Positions 30,402 through 42,221 of a stretch of DNA of 64,000 nt are shown here, piece after piece. Numbering within the stretch: position 1 is the first letter of the stretch; each line of letters starts with the position of its first letter. Origin of the DNA: Rebecca billardiae RCC1528 (lineage: Eukaryota > Protista > Haptophyta); assembly GCA_965240325.2 (NCBI GenBank), contig OZ251240.1:372001-436000 (forward strand), in the 5' to 3' direction. Below the pieces are notes generated by a model. It was not told the DNA's origin and did not search any database. It saw nothing but the letters and a program-made list of their open reading frames with translations. The position numbers and the translations under genes are program-made.

Positions 30402-33338
30402 TTACTGCGCCGCCGACGCGGCCGTGGCGAGCTCGGCGCAGCGCCGCTTGTGTGCCTTCCAGTGCCGCTTCTGGCAGTCGCGGCCGCAGTAGTAGACCTG
30501 CTTGCACTTGATGCACGCGCGCAGGGACACGCCCGTCGCATGGCAGGCGGCGCACAGCTTGGGCAGCTCCGTGCGCGGCCCGTCGTCCGCGCGCGCCGCC
30601 GCGCCGCCGCCGCCGCCGCCGCCGTCGGCCGCGCGGCCCTCTGGCGCGAGCAGCTGCTCCTGCATCTGTGCAACGGCCGTGTTCACGCGCCCGTTGAACT
30701 CGGCGTACGCCTCGGCGCCGAGCTCGCGCAGGGCGTCGACGAAGTCGTCGCCCGCCGCCCACCAGTGCCGGCCGTGGTTGACGGTGTACCGCAGCGCGAG
30801 GCCGCGCGAGAAGTGCGCGCCCACGCCGGCCAGCCGCACCACCCCGTACGAATACGCGCCGCCGTGCTGCACGGTGCGGCGCGCGTCGTCTGGCAGCGGC
30901 TCCAGCCGCGCCAGGAGCGGGTACACGTGCGGGGACACGCGCACGGCGGCGCCGATCGCGCGGCGCGCGCGCGCAGAGCGCGGGCCGGAGATGCGCATGT
31001 GCAGCAGGGCGGCCACCCACGCCCACACGTCCTCCTCCTCACCCAGCGCGGGCGCCGCGCCGCCGCCCGTGCCGTCCGCGCCGGCGGCGTCGGCGGCGGC
31101 GGCGTCGGCGTCGCCGCGCCTCGCGCCGCGAGAAGCGGAGCCGCCGCCGCCCGTGCTCCCGTAGCGCGCCATCAGGGCGAGCGCGTCCTCCCAGCGCCCC
31201 GTCTCGAGCAGCACGTCGAGCAAAAAGTCGCGCGCGCGGAACGCGTCGGCCGGGTCATCCCAGAGCAGCGCCTGCGCGAGCGCGATCGCCTCGGCCACCG
31301 CCTCCGCCGTCTCCGCCTCCCACAGCGCGTTGGCAAGGCCGTACGTGTGCGCGCGCCACGCGTTGCGCACGCGCGCGGCCGAGCCGGGCGGGCCGCTCGG
31401 TGGGCGGTCGAGCCGGCAGGGGCCTTCCTCCGGGGGCGGCGGCGGCTCCACGCCCATCGGCTCGGGCTCGGGCTGCAGGCACTCCGGCCGCACCGCCACT
31501 GGCTCTGGCGGCGCCGCGCCCGCGCCGTCGGCGTCCGCGGGCAGGAAGCGGACGGTGTACCGCCCGCTGTCCTCGCTGAAGAGGATGACGCGCACGGCGC
31601 GGCCGTTGAGCTCGGCGCGCGCCGTCAGCCCGCGCACGCGCACCCGCCGCCGCAGCAGCGGGCCCATCCTCCCGAGCGCCTCCCGATGGTACTCGACCGC
31701 CTGCGCGACGGTGCGCACGCTGGCGGGGCGGACAACGCCCATCGCGCCGATGGCCCCTGGCAGGGAGACGGCGGGGCGCATGGCCGAGCGGACGGCGCAG
31801 GCGGGGTACGCGGGGCGGCACGCGACGCGCGTGGTGCCCCCCACCGCGCCGCCGTGCCCGCGCCCGGACTCGTACGGCACGGGCTCGTCGTCCACGCCCG
31901 TGCCAGCCCCGCACGGCGCGTATTCGTACGGAACAGCGTGCGGAGGCGGTGGCACCGGCCTCGAGCGCACGGCGCGGGCGAAGAAGGCGACGGACATCGC
32001 CATGGCCGCCTCGGCGAGCGCGACGTCGTCGGGCGTGAGCCGGCGGGCGGGCTCGCCGCACGGGAAGAGCACCGGGAACGTGCGCCGCTGCGGGTCGCCG
32101 CGCGCCTCGGAGACGGCGGCGCCGAGCGGCCGCGCCAGCCTCAGGATGTCCGCCTGCACGCGCTCGCCCAGCTCTGCGTCGTCTGGGCCGAAGAAGGTGA
32201 GCTCGAGGGAGGCGGCGGGGAGCGCGGGGCGCGGGCGCACGAGGAGGTGGCGCTCGAACGACGCCGCGTCGGGGAACGTGCGCAGCCCCACCGCCTCCCC
32301 GCCCTGCACGCCGAGCAGCAGCACCACCGCCTCGCGTCCGCCCGGCACGTGCGCGCACCCCAGCCCGAACGCCGCGCCGTGCTCGGCCACGCCCTCCCAC
32401 GGCCGCGCGTCGCGCATGGCCGCGGCGGTGTCGAGGAACGAGCGCGCGAGCGCGGGCTCGAGGCCCGCGACATCGGTGAGGAAGCCCCGCGCCTCGGCGC
32501 CGCCAGCACGCCCCGCGAGCGCGGCGCGCGGCGGGCGCCACGCCGAGGGGCGCGCGCTAGGCAGCTCGCGCAAGCCGAGGCCGCGGCAGGTGCGCACGAC
32601 GGCGGAGCGCAGCACGCCCACAAACGTCTCGCGCGTGAGCGCGCGGGCGGCGGGCGTCATCACCGCCTCGGCGCAGTACACCTTGCACACCACGCGGTCC
32701 ACGACGAACACCGCGCCGAAGACGTGCACGTGCTTGGGCGGCCCTCCGCCGACCATCAGCTCGCCCGAGCGCGATATCAGCTCCATCGCGTTGGCAGGCC
32801 GGCGCGCGGGGCGGTTGCGCAGGAGCGTGAGGTCCTCGGCGCCGGGCACCTCGGCGGGGTCGGTGGGGATGCTGTCGAGGTTGTCGAGGTACCCCTCGCC
32901 GTCCGCCGCGGCCGAGAGCTCCCGCATCGTCGCGTGGAAGCGGCGCGCGTCCTCATGCGTCGGGAGCACCCACACCATGTGCCACATGTCACCGATCGTG
33001 TTCACCTCGCGCGACGGCGAGTTGGTCAGGCCGCCCGCCGTCTCCCACTTGCGCTTGCCCAGCACCTCGGCGCGGCAGGCCTTCCACAGGACGAGCTCGC
33101 CCAGGTAGCACGCGCCTCGCGCGCCGAAGCGAGCGCGCAGGTCGTCCAGCGTCGGCTCGCGCGGCGTGCCGTCGGGAAAGGCCTTAGGCGAGCCGTCGTT
33201 CATGGAGATCGGGCCAGGGCGGTCGACCCAGTCGCGGCTCACCACGAGCTCGAGCTGGTTGGGGGCGCCCACGCCCGAGCCCGGGACTTTGGCGAGGTCC
33301 GCCGTCGACAGGAGCAGGTCGCGCGTCGCCACCACCAT
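30402..33338 (-). CDS. Multidomain MYND zinc-finger protein (start 33338 or 33203)
   Basis: C-terminal MYND CAAC..LRACIKCKQVYYCGRDCQKRHWKAHKRRC. SH3-like VRVRGLTARAELNGRAVRV..GRYTV. ST7/TPR-like helical region LANALWE..EAIALAQALLWDDPAD. Confidence 0.8.
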   Translation of the reverse strand: MVVATRDLLLSTADLAKVPGSGVGAPNQLELVVSRDWVDRPGPISMNDGSPKAFPDGTPREPTLDDLRARFGARGACYLGELVLWKACRAEVLGKRKWETAGGLTNSPSREVNTIGDMWHMVWVLPTHEDARRFHATMRELSAAADGEGYLDNLDSIPTDPAEVPGAEDLTLLRNRPARRPANAMELISRSGELMVGGGPPKHVHVFGAVFVVDRVVCKVYCAEAVMTPAARALTRETFVGVLRSAVVRTCRGLGLRELPSARPSAWRPPRAALAGRAGGAEARGFLTDVAGLEPALARSFLDTAAAMRDARPWEGVAEHGAAFGLGCAHVPGGREAVVLLLGVQGGEAVGLRTFPDAASFERHLLVRPRPALPAASLELTFFGPDDAELGERVQADILRLARPLGAAVSEARGDPQRRTFPVLFPCGEPARRLTPDDVALAEAAMAMSVAFFARAVRSRPVPPPPHAVPYEYAPCGAGTGVDDEPVPYESGRGHGGAVGGTTRVACRPAYPACAVRSAMRPAVSLPGAIGAMGVVRPASVRTVAQAVEYHREALGRMGPLLRRRVRVRGLTARAELNGRAVRVILFSEDSGRYTVRFLPADADGAGAAPPEPVAVRPECLQPEPEPMGVEPPPPPEEGPCRLDRPPSGPPGSAARVRNAWRAHTYGLANALWEAETAEAVAEAIALAQALLWDDPADAFRARDFLLDVLLETGRWEDALALMARYGSTGGGGSASRGARRGDADAAAADAAGADGTGGGAAPALGEEEDVWAWVAALLHMRISGPRSARARRAIGAAVRVSPHVYPLLARLEPLPDDARRTVQHGGAYSYGVVRLAGVGAHFSRGLALRYTVNHGRHWWAAGDDFVDALRELGAEAYAEFNGRVNTAVAQMQEQLLAPEGRAADGGGGGGGAAARADDGPRTELPKLCAACHATGVSLRACIKCKQVYYCGRDCQKRHWKAHKRRCAELATAASAAQ

Positions 33339-33401
33339 TCTGGAGCGCGTGGCGACCGTGATGACGACGCCCGCCGGCGCGGCGCGGGCCCGACCCACCA
33401 A

Positions 33402-34786
33402 CACTTGCCAGAGTGCACGCGACCACTTGGCGGGCCCTCGGGCGCCAACCGTTGCGGCCCATTGGCTCGTACCGCGTGGGGGGGCGCAGAGTAGACTGAT
33501 GAAGCCTCTCGCACCACCCGAGCCGACCTCGACACCTGTCACTCGCTCGCGCGCGGCCGCAGAGCCCCCCGAGCGGACTGCCGTGAGCACCCGGCCGCGG
33601 CACCCGCGCCGGCCAAGCTGGCGAGAATGGCGCTGAGGAATGGCGGCGAAGGCGCGCCAGCGTTGCGCGCACGAGCAATAGCCACGATCCGCCTGCCGCC
33701 ACCGCCGCCGCTGTCATCGTGCGCCCTGACCCGCCGCCCGAGCGGCACGCGCGGTGGGCTGGGGGGTGCCAGGCGGCCATGCTGATCAGCCGCCGCCACC
33801 ATGGCGCGCGCGCTCACGGCGCAGCACCTCCTGGAGATAGTTCCGTGGCACAGCGCCAGTGAAGATAAACACCGTCGCTTGCGGCTGCGATGCGCGCCCT
33901 GGCGGGCCGAGACTGGCAACGGCAGGAGATGCATCTGCCACACGCCACTGCTGACTGCGAAGTGAGGTAGACCGCACACACCGCAGTGTCCGCAGTCTGC
34001 GCAGAGCTGGAGCAGCCTCAAGCCTGGCCACACGAACACTCAGGACACAGGCGCTAGCGCACCAGCGCCCGTGCGCGGCAGCTTACTCAGGGACTGGCCT
34101 TCTGACATGTCTAGACTGCCAGCTATACAGTACCGCCATGTAACACACAACAAGTAGCACGCGCGGGCTGGAACTGAGGTGCCAACTCCAAGGTTTGGAA
34201 TTGGAGCCGCGTCGGGGGACGCCGCATGTCCTCGGCGCACAGCACCAGCTGCCACCTTCTGCAGTCTGCGAAGGGCTCTGAGGCCGCAACAGCTCACTGA
34301 CACACACATGGACCATGCCAAAAGTCCACAACAAGCCACACGCCACTTGAGCCGGGTCGACGCGCGTGCGCCATGGTGGCGGCGGCTGATCAGCATGGCC
34401 GCCTGGCACTCCCCAGCCCACCGCGCGTGCCGCTCGGGCGGCGGGTCAGGGCGCACGATGACAGCGGCGGCGGTGGCGGCAGGTGGATCGTGGTTATTGC
34501 TCGTGCGCGCAACGCTGGCGCGCCTTCGCCGCCATTCCTCAGCGCCATTCTCGCCAGCTTGGCCGGCGCGGGTGCCGGCCGGGTGCTCGGCAGTGCGCTC
34601 GGGGGGCTCTGCGGCCGCGCGCGAGCGAGTGACAGGTGTCGAGGTCGGCTCGGGTGGTGCGAGAGGCTTCATCAGTCTACTCTGCGCCCCCCCACGCGGT
34701 ACGAGCCAATAGGCCGCAACGGTTGGCGCCCGAGCCCGAGGGCCCGCCAAGTGGTCGCGTGCACTCTGCCGAGACTCTGGCAAGTG
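33402..34786. repeat. Foldback structure: ~410-bp inverted repeats (33402-33812 and 34362-34786) around a ~550-bp spacer
   Basis: The arms are high-identity reverse complements with small indels. No clear TSD. Confidence 0.9.
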
Positions 34787-35785
34787 GAACGCGGGGGTGT
34801 TATCCTGGGGGGCCTCGCGGCGAGGGCCACTCGGCCGTTTCAGGCTGATTAGATGTGGCTGTCCCCGACCAGGCAGGCCGGGCTACAGCGATGGCGGCGC
34901 TCATGCGGAATACTACTAGGCGCGCTGGCGGTGTGATGAGTGATCGCGGCGGCGCAGGTGGTCTCATGGAGTCATGGGTCACGTACGCGTATGTTGACAG
35001 GCTTGGCACATCAGGTTGGTGGCCCGCTCCATCCTCCTTCCCGCTGGCCTGTCGGCTGCAAGTTGAGCTGGCTGCACCGAGTGATCGAGACTCGAGTCCG
35101 CCGACAGTACGGCTAACTAGCCCGGACCGGCTGTGTCAGCGCCCTTCGCCCTCGGCGCTGAGTGCCAGCTTCAGCTTGTGAGCTCGGCGGGCATGGCGCA
35201 ATGGCATGGCCATCGTCGTCCTCAGAGTGTACTGCGCCGTGAACGACGGACTGGTGATTGACAGGCAGACTAGTTTACGGCTATCTCATTTGCCCGGAAG
35301 CCCGCGCGCGCCGGCGCGCGGCGCGCGGGCGCGGCGCAGCGCGCCAGACCGTGACGGTCACGGCCCAGACGGGCCCGGACCCGCCCTGATGGCTAGATAC
35401 CGCCGCCCCAAATATGATACATTAACTAGTCAGTTGATTAAACGATACCCGTATGCGTATGTATGATACCTAGAAACACCACGACCAGTGCGAGGCGGAC
35501 ACTCTACTTCCAACCCGCGCCTACTCATTGATGACTGCTCCTCATCGATGACAAGTTTAGCTCAGCGAATCACTGACCTTGACAGGAAAAACGAAACGGG
35601 AATCACACCGAGTTCGTAAGCGAAATGCGACGAACAAACATCATTTGAAAGGGGTAATGAACGTCCGTCCAATCAAAACACTTCCGGCCGGGACGCTTCG
35701 CGCGGCGAATCCAAACTCTTGCTCTCAAAAGGCGAATCCACAACACCTTCCCCGCTGCCACAGCATCTCCACGGACTCAACCAAA

Positions 35786-37180
35786 ATGCCATCCCATCCA
35801 ACGATCGACGGAGGTGCCGCCCCCACGGCCGTGCTCATCGAGCGGGTGCGCACCCTGGAGCCGCTTCTGAACGCGCCCGCTCTCCGTACCTCGCGCGAAG
35901 CCGCGAGCGGTGACGCAAAGACTGCCGCCCTGCGTGAGAAGGTGCGCGCTCTTGCGCTCGAGGGCTCGCCGCCGCTTGGGCGGGCTGAGCTGTGCGAGCT
36001 CCGTGGGCTGGGCGAGGGCGAGTTCGCCGTCGTAAAGCTGTGCGAACTGTCGCCGGAGGCGACGAGCCGCTTCGGCGTGCGCCTCTCCGCCGCGCCGCGC
36101 GGGCCCGGCGGTGGCGCCCTGGTCGCGGTCAAGTGGCTGAGGACGCACGTGCCCGCCGCCGCCGAGCCGAGCTCGGGCGCGCCTTCATCGACCATCCGCA
36201 AGCCGACGGCCTTGCCCGCGCACGAGAAGACCAACTTCTTCGCCGAGGCCGCGCTGCTGCGTGCCTTCTCCCACCCGGCCATCATCAGCGCGTACGGCTG
36301 CTACGACTTTGACAACGACGGCAACGACAACAACAAGAGCGCCGCGCTCGTGCTGGAGTACGCGTCCGGTGGCACGCTCGCGGAGCGCGTGCGCCGGGGC
36401 CGCACGGCGTACACGGGCCCCGAAGCACTCGGCTGGCTCACCGAGCTCGCGCACGCGGTCAAGTACATCCACGCCGTCGCCATCGCGCACCGCGACCTCA
36501 AGCCGGACAATGTGCTGCTGGACGGCGCGGGCCACGTGCGGCTCATCGACTTTGGGCTCTCGCGGCTGCTGCTGCCGTCGCATGGCGGGCAGCAGCAGGG
36601 AGGCCAGGGGTCGAGCTCGGGGGGCGGCTCACCCACGAACGTGACGGCGGTGCACCTGTCGCCGTCCTTCTCCACCGAGCGGCTGTCCTCCGCCGTATTC
36701 GGCGCGCGCGACAACAACAACAAACCGAACGCCGCGCGGATGACCGGCCGCACCGGCTCGATGCGCTACATGGCGCCCGAGAACTGGCGCGGCGAGGCGC
36801 TGTACACCACGTCGGTGGACGTCTTCTCGTTCGCCGTGATTGCGTGGGAGGTGCTCAGTGCCCGCCGAGCCTACTCGCAGATGCACTTCAGCCCCGACCA
36901 AGTCGTCGAGTCCGTCGCGAGCAAGGGGCTCCGCCCGTCCGTGCCCGAGACCTGGCCGCACGAGCTGCATGAGCTGCTCGCGCGCTGCTGGGCCAACGAC
37001 AAAGACGCGCGCCCGCCGATGGCGCGCGCCGCGGAGCAGCTTGACGAGCTCTACGCCCGCGCAGCGCATGACCCCAAGGCGCTCACTGGCTTGCTGTCAT
37101 CTCCGCCCTCGCCGCTCGCTCGGATCAGCCGCTTCCTCGGCGGCGACCGACTCCGGCGGAAGGCGAAGTCCCTCACGTAA
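35786..37180 (+). CDS. Tyrosine-kinase-like (TKL) Ser/Thr protein kinase
   Basis: LGEGEFAVV, VAVK, FFAEAALL, HRDLKPDNVLL, DFGLSR, TGSMRYMAPE, DVFSFAVIAWE, CWANDKDARP. Confidence 0.93.
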   Translation: MPSHPTIDGGAAPTAVLIERVRTLEPLLNAPALRTSREAASGDAKTAALREKVRALALEGSPPLGRAELCELRGLGEGEFAVVKLCELSPEATSRFGVRLSAAPRGPGGGALVAVKWLRTHVPAAAEPSSGAPSSTIRKPTALPAHEKTNFFAEAALLRAFSHPAIISAYGCYDFDNDGNDNNKSAALVLEYASGGTLAERVRRGRTAYTGPEALGWLTELAHAVKYIHAVAIAHRDLKPDNVLLDGAGHVRLIDFGLSRLLLPSHGGQQQGGQGSSSGGGSPTNVTAVHLSPSFSTERLSSAVFGARDNNNKPNAARMTGRTGSMRYMAPENWRGEALYTTSVDVFSFAVIAWEVLSARRAYSQMHFSPDQVVESVASKGLRPSVPETWPHELHELLARCWANDKDARPPMARAAEQLDELYARAAHDPKALTGLLSSPPSPLARISRFLGGDRLRRKAKSLT

Positions 37181-37272
37181 TTCCTGGCGGCTGCTGATAT
37201 GGCATCATCAGCATCAATTCATCATCAGCAGCATCAGGCTGACAATGTCGATGGCGGCTCTTTCTCGTCTGG

Positions 37273-37324
<52 letters not shown>

Positions 37325-37338
37325 GTCTCTGCTCTCTC

Positions 37339-37377
<39 letters not shown>

Positions 37378-37437
37378 ACTCAGTGCGGCTCTCGATGTGG
37401 TCTCAATGCGCGCGCGCGCTCTCTCTCTCTCTCTCTC
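37273..37437. repeat. Interrupted (CT)n microsatellite
   Basis: Several CT runs. Confidence 0.95.
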
Positions 37438-38866
37438 TTACTCTTACGGTAGTCTCTCTATCGCCGGTCTGAGCCGGACGATAGACGACGGACGACGACG
37501 ATACTACTGTGATGCTGCTTCGATCGAGGCTGCTATACTACGACGACTATATACAGCGCGCGCTGACACTGACCGTTATACTACTGCTCACTAGTAGTGT
37601 AGTTATCAGGCCGTACCGCCAGTACCGTGAGTACTTGCCGAAGTTCGGAGTGCGGAGTGCTGACGGTTGTTCAGTCTGAGCCGCCCCGTACTGGGCACCC
37701 TACTCACTGCTCCGCCGTCTCGGTGCGGTGACGAGTCGTACTCGGAGCCGATCAGTAGTCGTCGTCTTTGATGTACCGCGCCGTATATATAAAAATATAT
37801 ATATACTTCGTATAGCTTAGTAGTTACTGGAGTAGCGTCGATCTATCTGCTCGAGGCTCATTGTCAGCAACTTGGTCACTCAGCAACAGCTGCGGACGCC
37901 GCGGCTCAGACTCAATGTACGTCATCACGGCACTGCTATATATATATATATATGTCTAGCCGTCCTCGTGAATGCCGACGCCAACTGCTGGCCGAAGGTG
38001 GGCACGCCGCCTGGCATGTCGATGCTGAGGCGGCTGCGTGTGTTCCTACTCAGTGGGATTTATGTGTCCTCATGGCTTGTCGAGCGGCAGCAGATGCGGT
38101 GGGCATGCCGCTCGCCGTCGACGAGACGCGGTGCGTGCGCGCCGAAAGATGTTGGTCGGTGCACGCGACGCGCCACGGCGCCACCCGCGTGCGAGCCGCC
38201 GCCGCCGGCGACGCAGGTGACGAGCTTGGCTGGAGCCACCTCGCACGCCGCGCCTGGCGAAGCAGGCGGCAGAGGCCGGCGCCGGAAACCGATCTCCTGG
38301 GCGGCAGAAAAACGCCCGGACAGACTGTTTGTCCGGGAGCAGCCCTTTGAGGCGATGGTCTGTTACAGGGCGATATGTGGCTGATGTCTGATGAGCGGCG
38401 CTGGCGCCCGGCGTTCTTGGCATCGTCGTCGTCCTTTTGTTTAGACAATCGATCATCAGTTATATTGTACATACTAGCTACCAATAACCCCGCCACATAT
38501 ATTACGTCAGTAGACAGTGCGAGTCGTCCGTGAACCGCGCGGCATAGGACTAGACTGTACCCGCATCACATGCCCCGCCGCCATATCACCGCCAGTGCGG
38601 CAGTGCAGGGCCCAGGCCAATCCTCCGCGGGCAATGGATGACGATGCGCCCACGGGCACGCCCCGCAGGTCCAGGAACTCCTCCACAGCGAGGCAGGCGT
38701 GCGGGGGCCCATCGAGCTTTGAGATCGGCGCCTCAGACTCAGACAGAACCGTCGTCTCCCGAGAGGGACTGCTCGGCGGCTCGGCGGGAGTGCCCATCCC
38801 TGCAAGCCGATCGGGCAGGCCATCGCGCTCGTGGACGTGGTCGCACAGCAGCCGAGGCCGGCGGTG

Positions 38867-41802
38867 TCAGTCCGCCGCGGCTTTCTGCGTCTCTTCTTCC
38901 TGCGCCTTGAGCTTCGCGTCCAGCTTGACCGTCTCGGCGGACGCCCAGCGGCCGAAGACGCGCACGCAGAGCAGCGCGCCGAGCAGCAGGCCAAACGAGA
39001 CCCAGCCGAGCGGCATGATCGCGTTGAGCGCCTGCACGCGGCGCGCGCGCACACCGCGCGCGCACAGCGAGTCAGCGCGGTGCGCGCGGCGGCCGCGCGG
39101 CCACGCGGCCGCGCCCACGCGCCGCGCGCGCCGACCGCTCGCGCGCGCGGCCGCCCTCGCGCGCGCGCGCGCACGTTGCCGCCCAGCTTCTCCTGGATCG
39201 AGTCCGTGATCTCGAACACGACAAAGCAGAGGTCGTCAAAGGCGGCGGTGAGCGTGACGCACGCCCACGCGCACAGCCAGCCGACGACGAGCAGCACGCG
39301 CACGCCCGCGGGCATCGGCTGCAGCCAGCCCGGCTGCAGCGGCAGCCGCTGCGGCTCGCCCCCCTGCTGGTACACGATGTCGAGCACGTGCTGACGGTCC
39401 CAGTGCGCCGCGGCGGTGCGCACGGCGGAGGAGCGGCGCTCTGCGACCTCGAGCTGCACCACCTCGAGGTCGGGCTCCTCCTGCTCGAGCTCGGCGCGGT
39501 GCACGCTCACCTCGCGCTCGATCGCACGCATCGCGAGCAGCAGCGGCACCAGCCCCATCAGCGAGGCGAAGATGAGCACGAGCTTCTTCTGGTCCGCGTC
39601 CATCGGCGGCTTGGGCAGCGAGAGAGCGCCCATCACAACGGGCGGCCACAGGAAGACAATCACCGGGAGCGAGCCGAGCAGGCACTGCTTCACGTCGCAT
39701 CTGAGGATGCCCGCCAGCACTGACGTCGGCCAGTCCGGCCCGCCGACCAGCACGGACACCTTGGGGAAGGACAGCCCGCGCTGCGTGATGATGCGGCGGA
39801 TCGCGCGCGTGTTGACCGAGTTGACCGACACCAGCTTGCGCACGCGCGCGGACGAGGCGAGGTAGCGCCCGACGCCCTCCTGCTGCACGACGATGGCGAC
39901 GAGCTTGAGCGCGAAGCAGGTGAGCGTCGCGATCCCGATCCCGCCCCAGTACCCGTACTGCCAGCGCGCGGCCGAGGTGACGACGATGCCGCCTGCACGC
40001 ACGCACGCGAGCGCGGCGCGCGCGCGCGCGGTGTCGGCGCGGCGCCGCGCGGCGCGCGCGCGCGCCGCTGCCCTCGGCGCGCGCGCGCGCGCGCGCGCAC
40101 CCGTGATGAATATGCTCGTGGCCGGCACCGCGGGGATGAGGAAGAGGAACGCGCCGGCGAACATGTACGCGCCGATCACCGCGCCGAGCGGCAGCCCCTT
40201 GAGCGTGCCGGTGAGCCACGCGAGCACCAGCACCATCGCCTTGCCCGCGCCCACCGTGACCACGTAGAAGACGGTGCAGAGCGTGACCGCCTTGGGCAGC
40301 ACAGACGCCCAGTTGTAGTGCACGTACGAGCGGATGATCGAGACCCCGCGCGGCTCCTCCTTCCGACGCAGCGCCAGGTGCCGCACCGCGTCGAGCAGCA
40401 CGTACAGCGCGGCCACCAGCGGCGCGGGCGAGATGATGAGCAGCGCCAGCGCCCAGTCGCCATACGACGCGCCCAGCTCGAGCAGGATGGTGGACGCCTT
40501 GGCGTTGAGACGCTTCGCGATGCGCAGGTTGCCGATCGTGAGCTCCACCGTCTTCGCGTCGCGCCCGAGCGGCCGCCCCTGCATCAGGTCGTGCAGCGCC
40601 ATCGACGAGTAGACCCACGAAGCAATGAACGCGCCCGCCACGCCGCACAAGGCCCACAGCGTCACGATCTGCGCCAACGCCGCCGCGCGCGGCGCGGGGG
40701 CGGGGCGGGCGGCGCAGCCGACGGCGCGCGGCGGGGAGCAGTGTGAGCACGCCATCCTTCCGGTCCCGGTCCCGGTCCCGCGCCGCGCCGCGCCGCGCCG
40801 CGCCGCGCCGCGCCGCGCGCGTCCTCGCGCGCGCACCGTGGCGAAGCGATACGCGACGGCCGCGACCTCGACCGCCACCCAGATGAACGCGACGAGCACG
40901 GCGAGGGACTGCCGGGTGACCTTCTCGACCGCGCCGTCCTTCGCGTCGGTGAGGGCGAAGGCGAGCGTGGCGAAGAGCGCGCAGCCGAACGCCGCGATCA
41001 CCGGGTTCACCCACAGCATGTACGCCAGCACGCACGCGCGGCCGCCATCGTCGCGGTGGCCCTTAGTGTCGACGCAGCCCCACTCGGGCGAGATGTCGCA
41101 CGGCACGCAGCCGACGCGGTGCGAGATGGAAGAGAGCTCGCGCGGGATGGCGCCGCGGTGGAAGACGCGCGTGGAGTACACCGACAGCCACCACGCGAGC
41201 ACGAGCAGCGCCACGCCGATCAGCGCGCGCCACAGCGCCGAGAAGACCGTGTACGTCGCGAGCGGCGCGCCGCTCACGCCCTCCGCGACCGCCCGGCCGG
41301 CGATCACGCACACGGGGAAGGAGGCGAGGAGGAGGCCGAGCGGCCAGGAGGGCGCGGAGGCCTGGATCGAGATGATCATGCACGTCGTGCCCACGAACGC
41401 CACCAGGCTCAGCGGCGCCGCCAGCCACTTGAACCAGCGCGAGAGGTGGAAGAACCACGCGAGGAAGAAGACGCTCAGCGTGCTCGCGCCCGCGCGCATC
41501 ACGGTGATGGGGTGCACCGCGACCCACGCGTGGACTTGGACGCCGTAGCCGAGCGTCGAGAAGAGCAGGATGAAGCAGCCGACGGGCAGGCATGACAGCA
41601 GCAGCGTGACGAGCACAAACTTGACGCTCGGGCCGTTCCCCACGTAATCGCCCAGAGCCGAGCCGGAGAGCGAGGCGTCGTCGTCGAGCACCTCGTGCGT
41701 GCTGCGCGAGCGAGCTCTCGGCGGCTCGAGCAGGTTCTGATCCGGCGCCTCGGCCTTCGAGGCCGGCGGCTCGGCGCGCGGCGCGCCGCACACGGCGCCC
41801 AT
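38867..41802 (-). CDS. Large multipass membrane protein with a VTT/DedA (SNARE-associated)-like domain; 4 exons (introns ~40836-40669, 40100-39993, 39174-39032)
   Basis: Many TM segments; FLFLIPAVPATSIFITGGI and KVSVLVGGPDWPTSVLAGIL motifs; MGAVCG N-terminus (possible acylation); GT-AG introns restore the frame. Confidence 0.7.
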
Positions 41803-42221
41803 CAGCGCGTGCCGAACCCCGCTGTCTGTCCAAGCCGGTGCCGGCGGCTGAGGCGCGGCTTTGTGAGCGCGGGGGCGGCCTTGCCGTGCGTGCTCCCGGA
41901 TGACAATGACGATTTCCATCGGTTTCGTTTCTCTGCCCTGATGAAAAGCGGGTACGACGTTCGTACAGTTTACTATGATTTAACGTGCACACCACAGTAT
42001 GGGGGTACTGTTAAGAGACGCACACAGCTCAGGCAGGCGACAGTAGTTTACTCAGCAGAATCAGTGGCAGCAACGCACATGTACCGCTCACCGAAGCATC
42101 GGCGATGCGACGATGGCAGCTCAACCCCGCCCGCGCCTGCCCCTCCCCTCCACCGCAAGCGGTCGGCGACAAAGGAGCCGCTCTCGCCGCGCGCGCGCGC
42201 GCGCGCGCGCGCCGCGCGTGC

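Noticed and set aside
33486-33550. Possible hammerhead ribozyme (CTGATGAAG...GACACCTGTC) in the foldback arm
   Set aside because: GAAA core is replaced by GACA, and stems I and II do not pair properly. At best a decayed relic; an Infernal search with hammerhead models would settle it.
33339-33590. N-terminal extension of the MYND ORF
   Set aside because: Non-ATG start, and most of it reads through the inverted-repeat arm.
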